The notes under the pieces are model-generated. The model ran no database searches and was not told the DNA's origin. It saw only the letters and a list, made by a program, of their open reading frames with translations. A DNA stretch of 64,000 bases from Candidatus Dojkabacteria bacterium. Its GTDB lineage: Bacteria; Patescibacteriota; Dojkabacteria; GCA-002793355. Positions 38,992-49,421 of this stretch are shown here, piece by piece (positions within the stretch are counted from its first letter, which is position 1; every line of letters begins with the position of its first letter). The translations under genes and the position numbers were made by a program. The stretch is from the NCBI GenBank assembly GCA_030583685.1, contig CP129470.1, forward strand, positions 212,345 through 276,344, in the 5' to 3' direction.

Positions 38992-39981
38992 ATGAAGGTA
39001 AGTGCTGCCTACGGTGTATCTGGTTGTGCAGCCCTTTTATTGCCTGGTCTGCTTCGTTTTATGAGGCACATCGACACAGAAGAACCTCCACTTTTTTCTC
39101 CAGTTATCAACAGTTACCAATTAAGACAACTCCAAACAGCTGGCCACCAATACGACACGCACGATACTTCATTCCTTGAACCGAAATTTCCTTTCTCTCT
39201 CGAGCAGGCAATGAGCAGTTTAAAAAGCACCCGGTTCTTTAATGCCACCAGAAAAGACAAACTTCCCCTTCATGCGTCGCAAATTAACCAAGCAATGTAT
39301 CCAAATTTTTTTAATTCGACCTCGATTGATTCGGTTTTCTATATGTATAACGCGTGTGTCCCTGCAGTTTTCGCGACCGTTATGAGGTTATTTGAATACA
39401 TGCGAAATGGCAATCCTGAAACAACGATTGCGAATACTGCACTTCATATCAGGGAGGGGTACTTTACTGATACGAACGATCAAAGACTCCCAAACTACCT
39501 CGGAGGAGAACCTCAAACAAACCCTGCTATTATTCCTCAAGCGCTCGAACAACTCGACACAACACAAGGTCTCTTCCAAGTAGTTACCTTACTGCCAGAA
39601 ATCCAATTACATGAAGCTGAGAAAAAATCGGTTATCCTGTTTTCGGATAGTAAAATTGCGCAAATTCTGAAAGATGCCAAGGAGCAAGTGACTGAGAAAG
39701 GGGGTATCGTACTTTTCCTCACTGTCACGCCGATGGGCGGAACTAACCTCTTTGGACACATTATTGCAACGACAAACACCTCTGCCGACATGCAGCGTCG
39801 AATCACCGTATTAAATCCAATGAATCAAATGGCCATTTCTGCGAGTTTTGACACTACTTTCCCCTTGAGAGATTTCTCTAAGTTTGGAATTCCCACCCCA
39901 AATAGAGGAATATACTATGCTATCGGAGTTATTCCGACTTTCCTCTCAGACCAAAACAAGAAGCAGAGAGTCCCTTTATGA
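38992..39981 (+). CDS. hypothetical protein (329 aa; start trimmed to MKVSAAYG); possible papain-like Cys-His fold
   Basis: VSGCAALLLPG near N-terminus and FGHIIA near C-terminus could be a Cys/His dyad; speculative. Confidence 0.35.
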   Translation: MKVSAAYGVSGCAALLLPGLLRFMRHIDTEEPPLFSPVINSYQLRQLQTAGHQYDTHDTSFLEPKFPFSLEQAMSSLKSTRFFNATRKDKLPLHASQINQAMYPNFFNSTSIDSVFYMYNACVPAVFATVMRLFEYMRNGNPETTIANTALHIREGYFTDTNDQRLPNYLGGEPQTNPAIIPQALEQLDTTQGLFQVVTLLPEIQLHEAEKKSVILFSDSKIAQILKDAKEQVTEKGGIVLFLTVTPMGGTNLFGHIIATTNTSADMQRRITVLNPMNQMAISASFDTTFPLRDFSKFGIPTPNRGIYYAIGVIPTFLSDQNKKQRVPL

Positions 39982-40085
39982 TTGACTTCTCCCACATTTT
40001 CCCATAGAATAACAAAGCTGACCGACAAGGAGAAGCGCCACTATTTCGTGATAGACACGACCATTTGAACTGATTACAACAAGAT

Positions 40086-42998
40086 ATGCCAAAAGACAAA
40101 ACACCAGTACCAGAAGATGTTAAAAAACTCATTGAGGAGCAAATTGCAGAAAACGAAGCACCAGAATCTCCTGTAACCCCGACAGAGGAATCAGATGACT
40201 ATAAAACTGCCACTGGTGACCTTGAAATTGGCGAAAAAACAGACGAAGGGATTAGCGACCTCTTAACGACCGGTGCCGGACTCAAAGCGGGTGAAACGGT
40301 CTCAATTTCAATTACAGACGAACTGAAGAAAGACTTTATCGATTACGCAATGAGTGTTATCGTTGATCGTGCTATTCCTGACGTAAAAGATGGATTGAAA
40401 CCTTCACAGCGTCGAGTTGCTGTTGCTATGCGAGATCTTACCTTGTGGCCAACAGGTGCAACCAGAAAGTCTGCAAAAGTTGTCGGTGAAGCAATGGGTA
40501 ACTACCACCCACACGGTGATCAAGCAATTTACCAAACATTGGTCAATATGGTGCAACCCTTTACCATGCGGTATCCACTCGTTCATGGACAGGGAAACTT
40601 CGGTTCAATCGACGGTGATGTTGCCGCGAGTATGCGTTATACCGAAGCAAAATTTTCGAAAATTGCGGTTGAACTCTTGAAAGATATTGATAAAGGTACC
40701 GTCTTGTACCGAGTCAACTACGATGGAACACGAAACGAACCGACAACACTTCCTGCAGCGTTTCCAAATCTTCTTGCTAACGGCACAAGTGGTATTGCTG
40801 TCGGTATGGCCACAAAAATTCCACCTCACAACTTAGGTGAATTGATTGATGCCTTAATTGCCATGATCGAGACAGGCAATCAATGGGAGGGCAGGTCGAT
40901 CTACAACGCACTTCGAGGGATGCGTGAACAAAAGACTCGAGTGCCGCAAATCCTTAACGCAGAGCCGTTTGAATACTGGGAAAACTATGTCTCTCCAAAC
41001 GATCCACAATACAAAGAGAAAGTTGCCGCATTACAAAAATATATCAAAGAAGGTGTTATTGTAGAAAATATACAGGAACTTGGGTTTTCACGTGAATCTC
41101 TCGATACTATACTCAAAGACTTCCAAGGTAATCCCGTGCTTTCACTATATCCGAAATTCCAATCTTCGGTCACCACAACCGACTTGATGCAGCATATTAA
41201 AGGTCCCGATTTTCCGACAGGTGGTCAGATCTACAATCAAAAAGACATCCTCCATTTCTACGAAACCGGAAACGGAAGAGTAAAGATGCGTGGAGTCATG
41301 GCCGTTGAAGAAACAAACACCGGAAAACAAGCAATTGTCATTACAGAAATTCCATTCCAGGTGAATAAAGCGGTGTTGATGGAGCAGATAGCTCAACTCA
41401 TTCATGACGGAAAAATCGAAGGTGTTAAGGATTTGCGCGATGAATCATCAAAGAATGAGATTCGCATTTATATCGAAGTAAAATCCGGTCATTCTCCTCA
41501 AATTATCATGCAAAAACTGTACAAGTTCACCCCCTTACAGATGAACTTTAACGCTAACATGATTGCATTAGTTGACGACGAACCCCGAACACTCACCCTC
41601 AAACGAATGCTTGAATTGTATCTCGAGCATCGAATGACCGTTTTCATTCGCAAACTCGAATTCGAACTTGCGCAAAACAAATACCAAGCACATATCCTAG
41701 AAGGATTATTAAAAGCACTCGATTTCATAGATGAGGTCATCAAAATTATTCGTGCAGCAAAAGACCAAGAAGAAGCAAAAACCAACTTAATGGCACGCTT
41801 TGATCTGACTGATGTCCAAGCTCAAGCAATTCTTGATATGCAGTTGCGAAAACTTGCGGCACTCGAACGACAAAAAATCCAAGACGATTACGACGGACTT
41901 CTCGAAAATATCAAGCACCATGAAATGTATCTTGAGAAAGAATCCATGATTTTGGAAATGGTGAAGACTGATTTACTTGAGGTCAAAGAAAAATATGCTG
42001 ATAAACGTCGAACAAAGGTCTATAAAGGTGATGTTGATGAGCCGCAGGAGGAAGATTTAGTGGCAAATGAGCCTACTTTCGTTACCATCAGCAAAACCGG
42101 GTACATCAAGCGCGTTTCCCCGGAGGAATATCGCTTACAACATCGTGGTGGCAAAGGTTCAATTGGCGCAAAGTTGAAAGAAAATGACTACATTAATCAC
42201 GTCCTGTTGTGTAACACTCACGACTGGTTACTCGTCTTCATGTCAGATGGAAAAGTCTTCAAACTTCGTGGGTATGAAATCCCCGAAGCAAAAAAGGTTG
42301 CCAAAGGACTGCCAATTGTGAATCTTCTCCAGATTACGCCAAATACTGTGGTAAGTTCATTGTTATCGCTACAGAGTCGAGCAGAAGGCAAGTTTATCGC
42401 GATGGCTACCGCTAATGGAATCGTCAAGAAAACGAGTCTCTCAGAATACGACAACATACGCAGAAACGGACTCGTATCAATCGTTCTGAAAGCTGGCGAT
42501 CGTTTGGTTCAAGCACAATTAACAACGGGCGAGGATGAATTGATTCTTGTCACCAAAAAAGGAAAATCAATTAGATTCCCAGAAAAGGAAGTAAAAGAAA
42601 GTGGTCGAAATACCATGGGCGTCAAAGGAATTGGCATGAAAAAGGATGATCAGGTAATTTCATTTGATGTCGTGAACAACAATGCAGATTTGTTACTCAC
42701 CGTTTCCGCTAAAGGTTTTGGAAAGTGCACCGCGCTGTCTGAGTTCAAACAACAACATCGTGGCGGTTCAGGTATTTATGCGGCAAAAATTGGAACAAAA
42801 ACAGGTGATTTACAAGTCGCACGAATCTTTACAGAAGAGAGTAGAAAGGAAGATACAGAAATCATCTTGATTTCGAGTCAAGGCCAAGTGATTAAGACAA
42901 ACTTTAAGAATGTTCCAGTTCTTGGGAACAGACAGACCTACGGGGTCAAAGTCTTCAGAGTTGCCGACGGCGACGAGGTAATTGGGTTGGCGAGTTAA
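40086..42998 (+). CDS. gyrA: DNA gyrase subunit A (with about 60-aa acidic N-terminal extension)
   Basis: AMRYTEAK, GNYHPHGD, active-site region, C-terminal beta-pinwheel repeats. Confidence 0.9.
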   Translation: MPKDKTPVPEDVKKLIEEQIAENEAPESPVTPTEESDDYKTATGDLEIGEKTDEGISDLLTTGAGLKAGETVSISITDELKKDFIDYAMSVIVDRAIPDVKDGLKPSQRRVAVAMRDLTLWPTGATRKSAKVVGEAMGNYHPHGDQAIYQTLVNMVQPFTMRYPLVHGQGNFGSIDGDVAASMRYTEAKFSKIAVELLKDIDKGTVLYRVNYDGTRNEPTTLPAAFPNLLANGTSGIAVGMATKIPPHNLGELIDALIAMIETGNQWEGRSIYNALRGMREQKTRVPQILNAEPFEYWENYVSPNDPQYKEKVAALQKYIKEGVIVENIQELGFSRESLDTILKDFQGNPVLSLYPKFQSSVTTTDLMQHIKGPDFPTGGQIYNQKDILHFYETGNGRVKMRGVMAVEETNTGKQAIVITEIPFQVNKAVLMEQIAQLIHDGKIEGVKDLRDESSKNEIRIYIEVKSGHSPQIIMQKLYKFTPLQMNFNANMIALVDDEPRTLTLKRMLELYLEHRMTVFIRKLEFELAQNKYQAHILEGLLKALDFIDEVIKIIRAAKDQEEAKTNLMARFDLTDVQAQAILDMQLRKLAALERQKIQDDYDGLLENIKHHEMYLEKESMILEMVKTDLLEVKEKYADKRRTKVYKGDVDEPQEEDLVANEPTFVTISKTGYIKRVSPEEYRLQHRGGKGSIGAKLKENDYINHVLLCNTHDWLLVFMSDGKVFKLRGYEIPEAKKVAKGLPIVNLLQITPNTVVSSLLSLQSRAEGKFIAMATANGIVKKTSLSEYDNIRRNGLVSIVLKAGDRLVQAQLTTGEDELILVTKKGKSIRFPEKEVKESGRNTMGVKGIGMKKDDQVISFDVVNNNADLLLTVSAKGFGKCTALSEFKQQHRGGSGIYAAKIGTKTGDLQVARIFTEESRKEDTEIILISSQGQVIKTNFKNVPVLGNRQTYGVKVFRVADGDEVIGLAS

Positions 42999-43091
42999 CA
43001 GAGAGGTGAAGATAACTCTACCTCCGACTACATCTACGATTTGGATACGCAATATACGCAGATTATCCTCAAGCCACAGGACTAGGAGCCA

Positions 43092-44225
43092 TCAATCCTT
43101 TTCCTTCGCTGGATGGAATTGGTAATGCGTGTCTTCAGCGAACTTATCGCTCGTATGCACATATCTGGTCGTTGTCTGTAAACTTTCATGGCCTAACAAT
43201 ACTTGAATCGCAGCGGGATTAGCGCCATTTTCGGCAAGATACGTTGCATACGCATGGCGGATGCTGTGAGCGCTCATGGGAACCACGATCTCTAAAATTC
43301 GGCGATAATGGGCAATTTTCATTTGTAAATAATTGGTTGAAAGTCGCGGATCAGCGCCTTTTCTCCTGCTGCCACTTTTCGGCAAAAACAGAGCAGGGTA
43401 GGAGTCTCCCCTTTTTGCGACGTATGCATGAATATGCCCTACTGCCCGTGGTGTTAAGTACACAAACCGCTGTTTCTTTCCCTTTCCGGTTATAAACAAC
43501 TTTCCATCAGAGTTTACTTGGTCGCGATTAATACTCACAACTTCCGAAATTCGCATGCCTGTTGCCAACAAAAGCTCCAAAGCTGCTCTATTTCGCAACG
43601 CAATCTCCTCATCAGGTTCATACTGTGTCGGAGCTTCTACCAGTGCGATTACCTCATCAAGTGTTGGGACTTGAGGTTTCTTCTTTGCAATGCGAACCAG
43701 TTGTACCGCATCTGGAGGAATAGGTGCTGGATAATCGTATTCGACCAGAAACCGTAAATAATTTCTGAGCGATACAAGAATTCTATTTACAGAAAGTGCG
43801 TCAAGCGTTTCTGGGTTATTATTCTTCACAAAGCCTCCTTTTTTCGTATTTTGAAGGCTATTTCGGTCGACTGACTGTGTATCGTTTGATTTTGGGCCGT
43901 TTTTAGCAACATCACCGGCACTTGTGGGCTTTTCCTTAGCCACCTGTGTATCATTACGTTTTCTTTCATTTTCTAAAAAGGTAGAAATATGCTTTCGCTC
44001 TTTTAACCATCCCTTAAAATAGGTAACCGTAAGTTTGGTAACCTGCGCGAAAGACACCCCTTCCCCGACCAAATATTCGGCAAAAAACGTGAGATCTCGG
44101 TTGTAGTTATAGACAGTCTCATCACTGTAATTATTGTTGTATAGATGAAGTAAAAACTCGTTTTGATGTCCCAATTTTGGTCGTTTATCGTCACCCGTTA
44201 ACTGCTGAATAGATATCTTGCGCAT
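43092..44225 (-). CDS. tyrosine site-specific recombinase (XerC/XerD-like) with about 60-aa low-complexity insertion
   Basis: N-terminal core-binding domain; C-terminal HSIRHAYATYL…LLGHESLQTTTRYVH (R-H-R-Y catalytic motif). Confidence 0.8.
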   Translation of the reverse strand: MRKISIQQLTGDDKRPKLGHQNEFLLHLYNNNYSDETVYNYNRDLTFFAEYLVGEGVSFAQVTKLTVTYFKGWLKERKHISTFLENERKRNDTQVAKEKPTSAGDVAKNGPKSNDTQSVDRNSLQNTKKGGFVKNNNPETLDALSVNRILVSLRNYLRFLVEYDYPAPIPPDAVQLVRIAKKKPQVPTLDEVIALVEAPTQYEPDEEIALRNRAALELLLATGMRISEVVSINRDQVNSDGKLFITGKGKKQRFVYLTPRAVGHIHAYVAKRGDSYPALFLPKSGSRRKGADPRLSTNYLQMKIAHYRRILEIVVPMSAHSIRHAYATYLAENGANPAAIQVLLGHESLQTTTRYVHTSDKFAEDTHYQFHPAKEKD

Positions 44226-44431
44226 AACAGAGTATACGCAAAAGAAAGTGTTTTACCAAGGACAACCAGCTTGGGGAAGAGGTATCTGAGAAAACAGGAT
44301 AGAAATCGAAAATTCCGAATTAATTCGAATTACTCGGTGAATTAAACAGAATAATAAATCTGAATTATGATTCACAGTAACTTACAATCAAACAGCGCAA
44401 GTAGGGCACTTCTCCCGCACTGAGAGATTTG

Positions 44432-44461
44432 GACTGAGTATAAGGGAGATTATACTCAGTC
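44432..44461. other. perfect 12-bp-stem hairpin (gactgagtataa-gggaga-ttatactcagtc) about 200 bp upstream of the recombinase start
   Basis: Read directly. Confidence 0.45.
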
Positions 44462-44650
44462 TGCTGGTCGGCCAACTTTCCCTCATAACGCTGGTTACCG
44501 CGTTGAGTATCAAGATTTCTTAAACCTACCACATCTTGCGAGAAGAATAGATGAAAATATTCTATTTTTATGACTTAATTACGTGAATTATTCTTGCAAA
44601 CCATCCACTCCCCTCGATAATTGCACATTTAAATGCCAGACCTATTTGAT

Positions 44651-44677
44651 ATTTACTATAGGATTATTTACTATGGG
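44651..44677. repeat. tandem direct repeat ATTTACTATRGG (period 15, 2 copies) at the 3' end of the membrane-protein gene
   Basis: atttactataggatt / atttactatgggact. Confidence 0.4.
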
Positions 44678-44706
44678 ACTATACTTATCCACACTCCTCC
44701 CCTCCT

Positions 44707-45693
44707 CTAGACCACCATGCCAATCAATAAAAACAGCGCAGATACCGCTGCTAACTCAATTTTTGTCGTGAAATTTAAGGTATTTTGTTCTTTATGGACG
44801 ACATACCCAATAAATACATATGCTCCCAAACTTGCGAGAATTCCTGCAACCCAGGCAAAAGGTGAAATGAGCACGGCAAAATACATTAAAAGTACCGTAA
44901 AAAGGGAGGAAAGTGCCACAAAAATCCAAAATCTTTTTCCTTGTGGAACGAAATAATGCCAAAGTGACACCACGACCAAGCTCACAAGGATTCCGAAAAT
45001 GACCGATACAACTGACAAAATATCATATTTTTGTGCAACAATAAGCGGAACGAGCCTATCAAAGGCGGTATAACTTAGTAAAAAGATCGTGACGATACTT
45101 GAAATGTACGCTACTGACTCCCCTAGCCTACTCAGGGGTATGGTATAAAACAACGTGACATTGAGGATATTTACCGCTAATGCGAGAATATACAGTAAAG
45201 TCATAAACATAAAAATTGCTCCGGTAAAAAATCCCCAAAGGTAAACTCGATTAATTCCTCCCACAAATACCGTTGAGAGAAACAGTGAATTTGCAACAAC
45301 CAACACCGACGGAAGTAACAAGACTGACCAATACGATTCCCTTCTCACCTGGCCCTTGAGCCCCCAAATCATGCTCACATACGTCAAGGCTCCTAACCCA
45401 AGTGATACCATCAGAACCCATACAAATGAAAGATTCTCTGGTAAGAGATACGCTTTTAAGAGTGCATACAAAAACGGAATTCCCAAGGCAACAACCATTA
45501 AACGTACTCGCTTTGGAAGATCTTTGAATTGCTTTTCTCCTGGAGCAAGGAGAACTTGAAAGTTTGACCTGATTTGATCAATTTGTTGCAAAATCTTTCC
45601 CCACGGAGAATCATCACTTAAAAACACAGACCGCGTATCAACCACGACCGAAACTTCATTTTTGTGACGGGGTTGAGAGTGATGCTGTACCAT
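44707..45693 (-). CDS. polytopic membrane protein of unknown function (about 8 TM)
   Basis: Hydropathy only. Confidence 0.45.
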   Translation of the reverse strand: MVQHHSQPRHKNEVSVVVDTRSVFLSDDSPWGKILQQIDQIRSNFQVLLAPGEKQFKDLPKRVRLMVVALGIPFLYALLKAYLLPENLSFVWVLMVSLGLGALTYVSMIWGLKGQVRRESYWSVLLLPSVLVVANSLFLSTVFVGGINRVYLWGFFTGAIFMFMTLLYILALAVNILNVTLFYTIPLSRLGESVAYISSIVTIFLLSYTAFDRLVPLIVAQKYDILSVVSVIFGILVSLVVVSLWHYFVPQGKRFWIFVALSSLFTVLLMYFAVLISPFAWVAGILASLGAYVFIGYVVHKEQNTLNFTTKIELAAVSALFLLIGMVV

Positions 45694-45712
45694 AGAGACA
45701 CTATAAAAGAGT

Positions 45713-46762
45713 TTATATCATTTGTCCAAGATGTTCATAGACTAATTTTGTCACCATCCTGCCCCGTGAGGTGCGTTTCAAAAACCCTGCTCGCATCAAA
45801 TAGGGCTCATATACCGCCTCCAAGGTGTCTTCGTCTTCACCTACTGCTGCAGCGAGAGTCTTTAATCCTACGGGTCCTCCGTCATATTTTTCAATCATGG
45901 TACGAAGGATGGCCTGATCGAGCCGATCTAACCCATAGACGTCAATTCCAAGCAAATCAAGTGTATCTGCAGCAATTTTTTGTGTAATCCGCTCCTTTTC
46001 TCCATGTACAAGCGCAAATTCCTTGACACGTCGCAGTAACCTCACTGCAATTCTCGCTGTTCCTCTTGCCCTCCGTGCAATTTCTGTAAGTGCTTCTGCA
46101 TCTGCTTGCAAGTGATCTTGCTTAACCAAACGTTCGAGCATCATCTCTAATTCCTGTGTCGCATAGAAATCCAAATGCAAATGGACACCAAACCTGTCGC
46201 GAAGTGGCGAGGAAAGCAACCCAATTCGTGTTGTTGCACCGACTAAGGTGAACGGTGGTAAGGTGAAGCGAACCGACTGAGACGCGGTCCCCTGTCCAAC
46301 AATAATATCTATTTGGAAATCCTCCATTGCGGGGTACAAAAGTTCCTCAACTGGTTTTCGAAGTCGATGGATTTCATCGATAAAAAGCACATCTCCTGCC
46401 GCAAGATTGGTAAGAATTGCAATCAAATCTGCTTGTCGTTCAATTGCTGGGCCAGAGGTAACTTTTATGGTAACTCCTAATTCATTGGCAAGAATATGCG
46501 CCAACGTTGTCTTACCCAACCCAGGAGGACCATAGAAAAGTACATGGTCGGCAGCTGTTTTCTCACTCTTTTCCCACTTTTTCTTGGTTGCATGCACGAG
46601 CAAAGACAAAATGTGCTTTTCATTCTGTCGCCCAATAAGTTCTGTTAATTTCTGTGGACGCAACGAGACCTCCGGGACCTGTTGATTCCCGATTTGCTCG
46701 GCTCGAGCGAGTTTTTTTACGAGGATTCGATCATCAGAATCACTGTTTGAGGTAATAATCAT
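45713..46762 (-). CDS. ruvB: Holliday junction branch-migration ATPase RuvB
   Basis: LFYGPPGLGKTTLAHILANELG…VLFIDEIHRL. Confidence 0.9.
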   Translation of the reverse strand: MIITSNSDSDDRILVKKLARAEQIGNQQVPEVSLRPQKLTELIGRQNEKHILSLLVHATKKKWEKSEKTAADHVLFYGPPGLGKTTLAHILANELGVTIKVTSGPAIERQADLIAILTNLAAGDVLFIDEIHRLRKPVEELLYPAMEDFQIDIIVGQGTASQSVRFTLPPFTLVGATTRIGLLSSPLRDRFGVHLHLDFYATQELEMMLERLVKQDHLQADAEALTEIARRARGTARIAVRLLRRVKEFALVHGEKERITQKIAADTLDLLGIDVYGLDRLDQAILRTMIEKYDGGPVGLKTLAAAVGEDEDTLEAVYEPYLMRAGFLKRTSRGRMVTKLVYEHLGQMI

Positions 46763-46764
46763 CC

Positions 46765-47382
46765 TTATTTTTGTTGCAAAATCAGTTGAACCTTTTCTGC
46801 TGTTGTTTTCTCCCCTTGTTGTGCGAGCAATGGCGCGGCGGCAGTAACGGCCTCACGCGCTGCAACTGCTGAGTATCCAAGTTTGCGAAGAGTCGCGATA
46901 ACATCGGCAAACTCATCAATTGACGAAGCGTTTCCTACTAATGATTTAACTGAAGGAAGCTCTTGTGATAATTCCAAAATTATCTTTGCGGCAGTTTTTT
47001 TCCCAATGCCTGGAACCTTTGTAATTGCTTCAATGCTCTGTTCACGAATTGCCGACTGTAATCCTTCTACTCCAAGAGAATCGATTATAAATAACCCAGT
47101 CTTCGGACCAACGCCCTGTACATCTAATAAACGTAGAAAATATCGTAACTTCTCTTTTATGGTGAATCCAAGCAAATAATGATCATTTTCAGAATGGACC
47201 AGATACGTCCACAGAGAAGCCATCTGGCCGTCTGTAAACAGCGCAGCGGTATGAGCTGTTACGACAACTGAAATGCCAACTCCAGGTGCCGTGAGGGACG
47301 ACTGAGACCAAACAACAACTGAAGAAGTATTTTTTCCTGTTTGAAACACCTCTAACACTATTCCTTGAACAAATCCTACCAT
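46765..47382 (-). CDS. ruvA: Holliday junction DNA helicase RuvA
   Basis: OB domain, HhH (GIGKKTAAKIILEL), C-terminal domain III. Confidence 0.85.
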   Translation of the reverse strand: MVGFVQGIVLEVFQTGKNTSSVVVWSQSSLTAPGVGISVVVTAHTAALFTDGQMASLWTYLVHSENDHYLLGFTIKEKLRYFLRLLDVQGVGPKTGLFIIDSLGVEGLQSAIREQSIEAITKVPGIGKKTAAKIILELSQELPSVKSLVGNASSIDEFADVIATLRKLGYSAVAAREAVTAAAPLLAQQGEKTTAEKVQLILQQK

Positions 47383-47845
47383 CGTTTTGTATTATAGCAC
47401 CTTACCGCTGATGAAAATTCCGAGCTTCTTCGATATCACATAGTATGTCCGTTCCGTTGTGTACACATACCACAATGACAACAAATACAATCATGAGACG
47501 CTTTTGAGACGCTTATCTTCTCAAAATTATTCGTTTTTTACCGACATTTCTAAACCTCCTCAACAAGGATTGCAACGAAACAACTTCGCGATTGCCCAAA
47601 TAATACCTATGTCGTGTTTCACCAACAAACAAATACCTCCAGAAATTGCTTTCTAGCCAAATTCTTGCAATTTACAACAGTACAACAAAAATAGTCAACT
47701 GCGGTAATCCGTGATTGTGACAGTACTTAGTTATATATGAGCAATAGCGCATTTCTCAGAAAGCACTATACAACAGTCGCTGGACTTATAGCCAAAACTA
47801 CAAGGACACGTACCACGTGCAAATTTGAGTAAAATAGTGATTACT

Positions 47846-48946
47846 TTATGCAATTTCAGAGATTTTTAGGGAAATCTGTTGTACTTTCCCTTTAAGCTCA
47901 AACAAAACACTTACTGCTGTTAACCCGAGAGTACCCGTGTGGGTATTCGAATACCCATACATTGGATCATTTTTGACCGGTGCACCAAGGAAACGCGCTT
48001 GTGCTCTAATCTGGTGAGTCCTCCCTGTATGCGGTATAAATAATAGATCTACTTCAGTTTCATTCACAGCGATAATATAAATGTCGCTGCGACAGGGCTT
48101 AATTCCTATTAAATTGCTCTTTTCTCGCTCATCTGCCTGGTAAACCATATACGGAGTTCCCTTTTTTCGTCCGATGTATCCATCCAAAACAATCGGCTTT
48201 TGCGACATTGTTACTGCTTTGACGAGTTCAGGAACTGATGCATATTTCTGTAATGAAGGTAAAGAGGCTTTTCGCAAATACTCAATCGCCTTTGAGAGCT
48301 TCGGATGAAGGCTTGCGGTAAATTCGCAACGGGCGACATAGTACTTTTGTAAGGTTCGTTGCTGAAACTGCGCTTTGATTGAGTTATACGTCTCCATATT
48401 CTTTGCAAACAACAATACTCCTTGTGTATCCTTATCTAAGCGATGCAACAGTCCAGCACGAGGAATATAACGATGCTCGCGTCGCATATATTTGATAAAT
48501 TGATACACCATACTGTCTGCTCCGCGGTCTCCTCTTCCAGGATGAGATAATACCCCCGGGGGTTTATTAACAGCCAAAACATCGTCACTCTCAAAGATAA
48601 TCGAGGGTTTCAAATCTCCCGCCCGAGCAACCCTTCTTTCATCTAATTCAATATCTTTTTCACTTGCGTCCCACGCGTCAGCTTCTGCATCTTGCCTGAC
48701 ACCTGTACTGTAAACGGCGATCATTTGTTGAACCTTCTCTTCGTCGAGGAGTGGTACTTGCTTGTCTGGATTAAAGGAAAACCCTTTTTTCTTGATGATT
48801 TCATTATTGTACGTTACACCGCCACTCATCAGTAACCTTTCGATATACGATCGAGATAACTTTGTTCCATACTTCTTTTCAATATAGTCCTGCAAATAGG
48901 TGTCAAGCCGAATCATGTTACCAATAATACACAAGTAAGGCGCCAA
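47846..48946 (-). CDS. RluA-family 23S rRNA pseudouridine synthase (RluD/RluC-like) with N-terminal S4 domain
   Basis: S4 at N-terminus; VLAVNKPPGVLSHP; HRLDKDTQGVLLFAKN. Confidence 0.8.
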   Translation of the reverse strand: MAPYLCIIGNMIRLDTYLQDYIEKKYGTKLSRSYIERLLMSGGVTYNNEIIKKKGFSFNPDKQVPLLDEEKVQQMIAVYSTGVRQDAEADAWDASEKDIELDERRVARAGDLKPSIIFESDDVLAVNKPPGVLSHPGRGDRGADSMVYQFIKYMRREHRYIPRAGLLHRLDKDTQGVLLFAKNMETYNSIKAQFQQRTLQKYYVARCEFTASLHPKLSKAIEYLRKASLPSLQKYASVPELVKAVTMSQKPIVLDGYIGRKKGTPYMVYQADEREKSNLIGIKPCRSDIYIIAVNETEVDLLFIPHTGRTHQIRAQARFLGAPVKNDPMYGYSNTHTGTLGLTAVSVLFELKGKVQQISLKISEIA

Positions 48947-49421
48947 AATAGGCTAAAATAGCAAGGCAACAGGTAAGACTACGGAGAATAAAGTTTCTCA
49001 TAATTCCCCTTTTTTCCAGTTTCAAACGTCGCGCCAACGAAATTGTCGGAATGAAAATATATAAGATGAGCAAGAAACCAAAAAGTCCCCAGAGAACGGG
49101 AAGAAATACTCCTTCAGAAAATTGCAACACTCTCCAGGGGAAAAGCGTTAACCAGATGGTTTCTGTCGCGGTTCTACTATACGGCAATAAGCCCCAGGGA
49201 ACCTCGGTATATCGCGCGAGATTGAGTCCCATCCAGACAAGTCGAGCTGCGAGTAACGAAATCACCCCAGAAATAAAAATTTCGTCAAAAAACGTAAATG
49301 AGGATTTTGAGTGTTTAATCCCAAGCTCTCGAAGCCGCTCCCAGATTGATAATGCCGTTTTCCAGCACCAATAACTGAGAAGCACAGCCCCTAGCGCCCA
49401 TAAAAAGGCTTCTATCATCAT
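48918..49421 (-). CDS. small membrane protein (4 TM) of unknown function
   Basis: Hydropathy only. Confidence 0.4.
   Translation of the reverse strand: MMIEAFLWALGAVLLSYWCWKTALSIWERLRELGIKHSKSSFTFFDEIFISGVISLLAARLVWMGLNLARYTEVPWGLLPYSRTATETIWLTLFPWRVLQFSEGVFLPVLWGLFGFLLILYIFIPTISLARRLKLEKRGIMRNFILRSLTCCLAILAYFGALLVYYW

Noticed and set aside
43092-44225. Recombinase as a marker of a prophage or integrative element
   Set aside because: There are no phage or conjugation genes nearby, and it is flanked by gyrA and ruvAB. It is more likely the chromosomal Xer recombinase, though the upstream repeats were kept as a finding.
47383-47845. tmRNA, RNase P RNA or SRP RNA in the long non-coding gaps
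   Set aside because: No tRNA-like 3' end (GGTTCGAATCC or its complement) and no P4 or SRP conserved strings were found by eye.
47940-47957. Perfect 18-bp palindrome TGGGTATTCGAATACCCA inside the rluD-like CDS
   Set aside because: It encodes GYSNTH in frame. A 9+9 palindrome is expected at about 0.25 per 64 kb by chance. There is no flanking structure or repetition.
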